Shown: positions 16,401 through 17,888 of the stretch, in pieces
Position numbering within the stretch: position 1 is the stretch's first letter
Layout of the letters: each line of letters starts with the position of its first letter
Assembly: GCA_048882385.1 (NCBI GenBank)
Contig: JBHLRQ010000015.1
Location: 28,733 to 46,620, forward strand
Origin: Candidatus Thorarchaeota archaeon
GTDB lineage: Archaea > Asgardarchaeota > Thorarchaeia > Thorarchaeales > Thorarchaeaceae
Direction: 5' to 3'
DNA: 17,888 nt
Translations under genes and position numbers: made by a program
Notes under the pieces: model-generated
Database searches by the model: none
Told to the model about the DNA's origin: nothing
What the model saw: the letters and a program-made list of their open reading frames with translations, nothing else

Positions 16401-17459
16401 GTCGTTATCCGTCAGAACATTGTCAATGCCTAGCCAAAGGTTGATTCCCGCTTGAGGATTATTGAAGCAGAAATTATGTCTAATCATGTTGTTATATGCT
16501 CCAATCCCAACACCGATACCACTCCATCCGTTGTCATAGCAACGATTGTTCCTCACCATGTTCTGTCTGCTCTCGTAAAGCACACCTATTCCTTCCCAAT
16601 TGTTACCTGAACAAGTATTATTTGCCACAACAATCGAATAAGCATCGTCAATTCGAATCCCATAGCAGTTGCCTATGCATGTATTGTTTGACACCCAGGT
16701 GCTATTGACAAATCTACCATAGTTCACGTTGTAGAGGTGAATGCCTGCACGCCAGTCAGGAGTCGCTCCTTGAAGAGTGCAGAAACGTATCCGGAAGAAG
16801 ATTTTGTCTATATTGTGAATCTCGATGCAGCTCCTGTCATCACCTCCCACATCGATGTCTAGACCTTCAATGAGGTAAGGGTCTTCCATTGTGCCTTCAC
16901 CGAGCCAGTCCTCCCTCTTGGCTTGTCTGTCGAAATCATCATCGCCTTGAATGAATATAGGGTCATGTGGCACCCCGAGTGGCGTGTCCTGAAGCGGAAT
17001 TGGAAGGAGCATATCAACTGCTCGCTGACTCATCCCATTCAGACTCGGCATAGGTGGCTGATAATCATATTCTGGCATAGTGACTGCGGGGCGTTGAATC
17101 TCAACATCTGGTGCGTTGATTATTGGATCCTGATGCCAATTTTCCAGCCTAGGTCGTGCAGAAATCAAGGTGAATTCGGATTGGATTTCATCAAGTTCTA
17201 TAGGTTGAAACTGTTGTAATTTTGCGGAACTTGCCTGTATCTCTACATTGTCTAGTGTAGCTCCTAGCATTGCATCTCCTGTGTCATCTGGCCAATATGC
17301 TGGTTGTGAGAATTCGTCTATTAATGGATAAGCTGCGACATGGAGGTCGTAGCTTCCCATCGGGGCTAGAAACAGACCCAATCCTGTCAAAGATAGAATC
17401 ACACATAGAGAGCAAGCAAGTACTCGCAGTTTATTTTTTCTCATTACTGTTTCACTCAT
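13416..17459 (-). CDS. Large right-handed parallel beta-helix (NosD/PbH1 repeat) cell-surface protein with C-terminal Ig-like segments and TM anchor
   Basis: N-terminal signal/TM, then the GEGTMEDPYLIEGLDI cap motif. More than 30 repeats of 22-24 aa (GIxLxxSxxNTLxGNTCxxN). NosD terminal motif YYSEYVGPDNDGDGIGDTPYNIPG. C-terminal TM followed by WRKRR. Confidence 0.93.
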   Translation of the reverse strand: MSETVMRKNKLRVLACSLCVILSLTGLGLFLAPMGSYDLHVAAYPLIDEFSQPAYWPDDTGDAMLGATLDNVEIQASSAKLQQFQPIELDEIQSEFTLISARPRLENWHQDPIINAPDVEIQRPAVTMPEYDYQPPMPSLNGMSQRAVDMLLPIPLQDTPLGVPHDPIFIQGDDDFDRQAKREDWLGEGTMEDPYLIEGLDIDVGGDDRSCIEIHNIDKIFFRIRFCTLQGATPDWRAGIHLYNVNYGRFVNSTWVSNNTCIGNCYGIRIDDAYSIVVANNTCSGNNWEGIGVLYESRQNMVRNNRCYDNGWSGIGVGIGAYNNMIRHNFCFNNPQAGINLWLGIDNVLTDNDCSGNNLWGIAIRGESTGNQIQENLCRANANGVFVSDSDDNTLIGNTCTDNDYGICLEESNINMLDGNTCSDNFLEGIAVLYSSTLNIVKDNECFDNGWSGIGVGIGAFDNRIIHNHCFINPQAGINLWLGIDNVLTDNNCSENALCGIAVRGESTGNQILENLCKANANGIFVSDSDDNTLIGNTCTDNDYGIYLEESNGNSLIGNTCSYNENGIYLFYSESNTLDGNTCDANIMRGIRLYSSNENTLSGNTCNENVNLVEEDGEGIILSYSDENILSGNTCSDNINGICLHQSHGNTLDGNTCNANNMIGIDLVSSNDNTLSGNTCSDNTYGIRPHLSHGNTLDGNTCSDNDEDGIYIFYRSDGNTLSGNICTGNSDYGIYLEESDGNTLSGNICTGNSDYGIYLEESDGNMLSGNTCDGYPNAILLLLSNENTLDGNSCSSFLHAIYLDESHGNTLSGNTCNNNKFGIYLCYSDWNTLSGNTCNVNDYGIYLWDSHHNTLSGNTCNVNENHGIVINYSHINTLDGNTCLHNWEDGVVLYYSTGNTLEGNTCTYNEDNGIRLDRADSNILDGNTCDDNVRGIKLENSNGNRVQENTCNGNADAGISIRYSDDNRVYYDICIGNKFGLFITSSDYIVVWWNTFAESSEHDVQENVVGTLNDFYYNYYSEYVGPDNDGDGIGDTPYNIPGEAGSVDPHPLVYYSKSRWLAPLNDFTLEFGQRLALLNLDLDLEAGSHDPPVESWWINDTEHFAINHEGRITDLMQLPVGTYRVEVGVENIYSVFVDEWLAPYGIYVGILTAIFTITVVDSLSVQWSLELNGNFDYPDTEEVPIQIGALLTFDETGEPISGAYIELRIYDPDGNLFWTVIMSEIEPGVYLYRSPETIAYYVAEGIWQKGIYLVVGEASSGEGNPVRARSLIQYHIDPPSASGSDTLVLFILAGFGAVILLYSVFAGQYIWRKRRFNHRPFERIAPIQHSRSMERIISISEDQSSAS
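15169..15311. repeat. Perfect 69-bp tandem duplication inside the beta-helix gene
   Basis: The unit starting CCATCCGACTCTTCGAGG occurs at 15169 and 15238 with no mismatch seen. It encodes GNTLSGNICTGNSDYGIYLEESD twice. Confidence 0.93.
15804..16617. repeat. Imperfect 417-bp (139-aa, six-rung) tandem duplication inside the beta-helix gene
   Basis: ATTCGATTCTTCGAGG occurs at 15804 and 16221, and GCCATAGTCGTTGTCAGTG at 15825 and 16242 (offset 417). Protein blocks such as NPQAGINLWLGIDNVLTDN and VSDSDDNTLIGNTCTDNDYGI occur twice. End points are approximate. Confidence 0.9.
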
Positions 17460-17484
17460 GTATTCTCTCTCCTCTCGTATTCTG

Positions 17485-17888
17485 TTATGGCTGTGCGATT
17501 GATTGTAGGATTAACTCAGCAACCAGATTTGCCAAATTGATGAGGTACTGAGCTTCGTAGTCTGTCAAGATCCCTGTATTTTCAAATGCATTGACTTGGC
17601 AAATGAAGGAGGTTATTATTTGGAGAGCAGCAATGTACCTCTCTTGACTTAATTTGGCCAAAGCCGCTTCAAGCTTGACGATAAGGGACAGGCCAGTACC
17701 ATCGCCGAGCACTCCACAATCGATGAGCTTCTGTACTTCCCCTATGAGATTTTCAATCAAATCACCTATATTCAACGGGGCAACAAAGGGATAGTAGTCA
17801 AAGCCTTCGCTTGGCCAAGGTATCTCGGTGTCTCCTATCAGGTCACCAGCGATAGCATGTTTCTCAGTTCCACTCCCATCGTCGACAC
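17485..17888 (-). CDS. C-terminal part of a NosD-type protein ending in a FIMAH-like helical bundle (5' end outside window)
   Basis: The frame stays open beyond the ORF-track start at 17775 up to the window edge: VDDGSGTEKHAIAGDLIGDTEIPWPSEGFDYYPFVAPL is a NosD-type terminal motif. It is followed by SLIVKLEAALAKL...FICQVNAF...EAQYLINLA, a FIMAH-like pattern. Confidence 0.75.
   Translation of the reverse strand, partial: VDDGSGTEKHAIAGDLIGDTEIPWPSEGFDYYPFVAPLNIGDLIENLIGEVQKLIDCGVLGDGTGLSLIVKLEAALAKLSQERYIAALQIITSFICQVNAFENTGILTDYEAQYLINLANLVAELILQSIAQP

Noticed and set aside
15804-16617. Diversity-generating retroelement TR/VR pair
   Set aside because: Both copies are in frame within one gene, adenine differences run in both directions, and no reverse transcriptase gene is in the window.

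Overview
Gene-dense, moderately AT-rich archaeal window. It is most likely from an Asgard archaeon (Thorarchaeia-like), inferred from memory of the 'KPLGTIT' TPR family, the tandem-HTH Lrp/AsnC regulator and the style of the NosD surface proteins; no marker gene is present. The left end (1-2831, minus strand) holds a candidate peptide-modification (RiPP-like) system with three parts. First is a 77-aa protein with an NHLP-clan/Os1348-like leader, a double-glycine-like junction (ELEDGLGG) and a 10-residue tail ending in DR. Second is a cobalamin-dependent radical SAM enzyme. Third is an ORF missed by the ORF track (389..<1) that encodes a signal/TM segment followed by at least 7 tandem 9-10 aa units each ending in DR (e.g. 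LVYFENAVDR) and running off the window edge. The rest is accessory and housekeeping: TPR protein, stand-alone PAS protein, two class I SAM methyltransferases, msrA, a small membrane protein, a truncated SCP2-like gene, an alpha/beta hydrolase, an LVIVD-repeat surface protein, a DUF362 protein, a secreted hypothetical protein divergent from the Lrp/AsnC regulator, and two tandem NosD/beta-helix surface proteins, one with recent internal duplications and a Cys ladder. No rRNA, tRNA, CRISPR array or mobile element was recognised. All family calls come from motif recognition by eye, not database searches.
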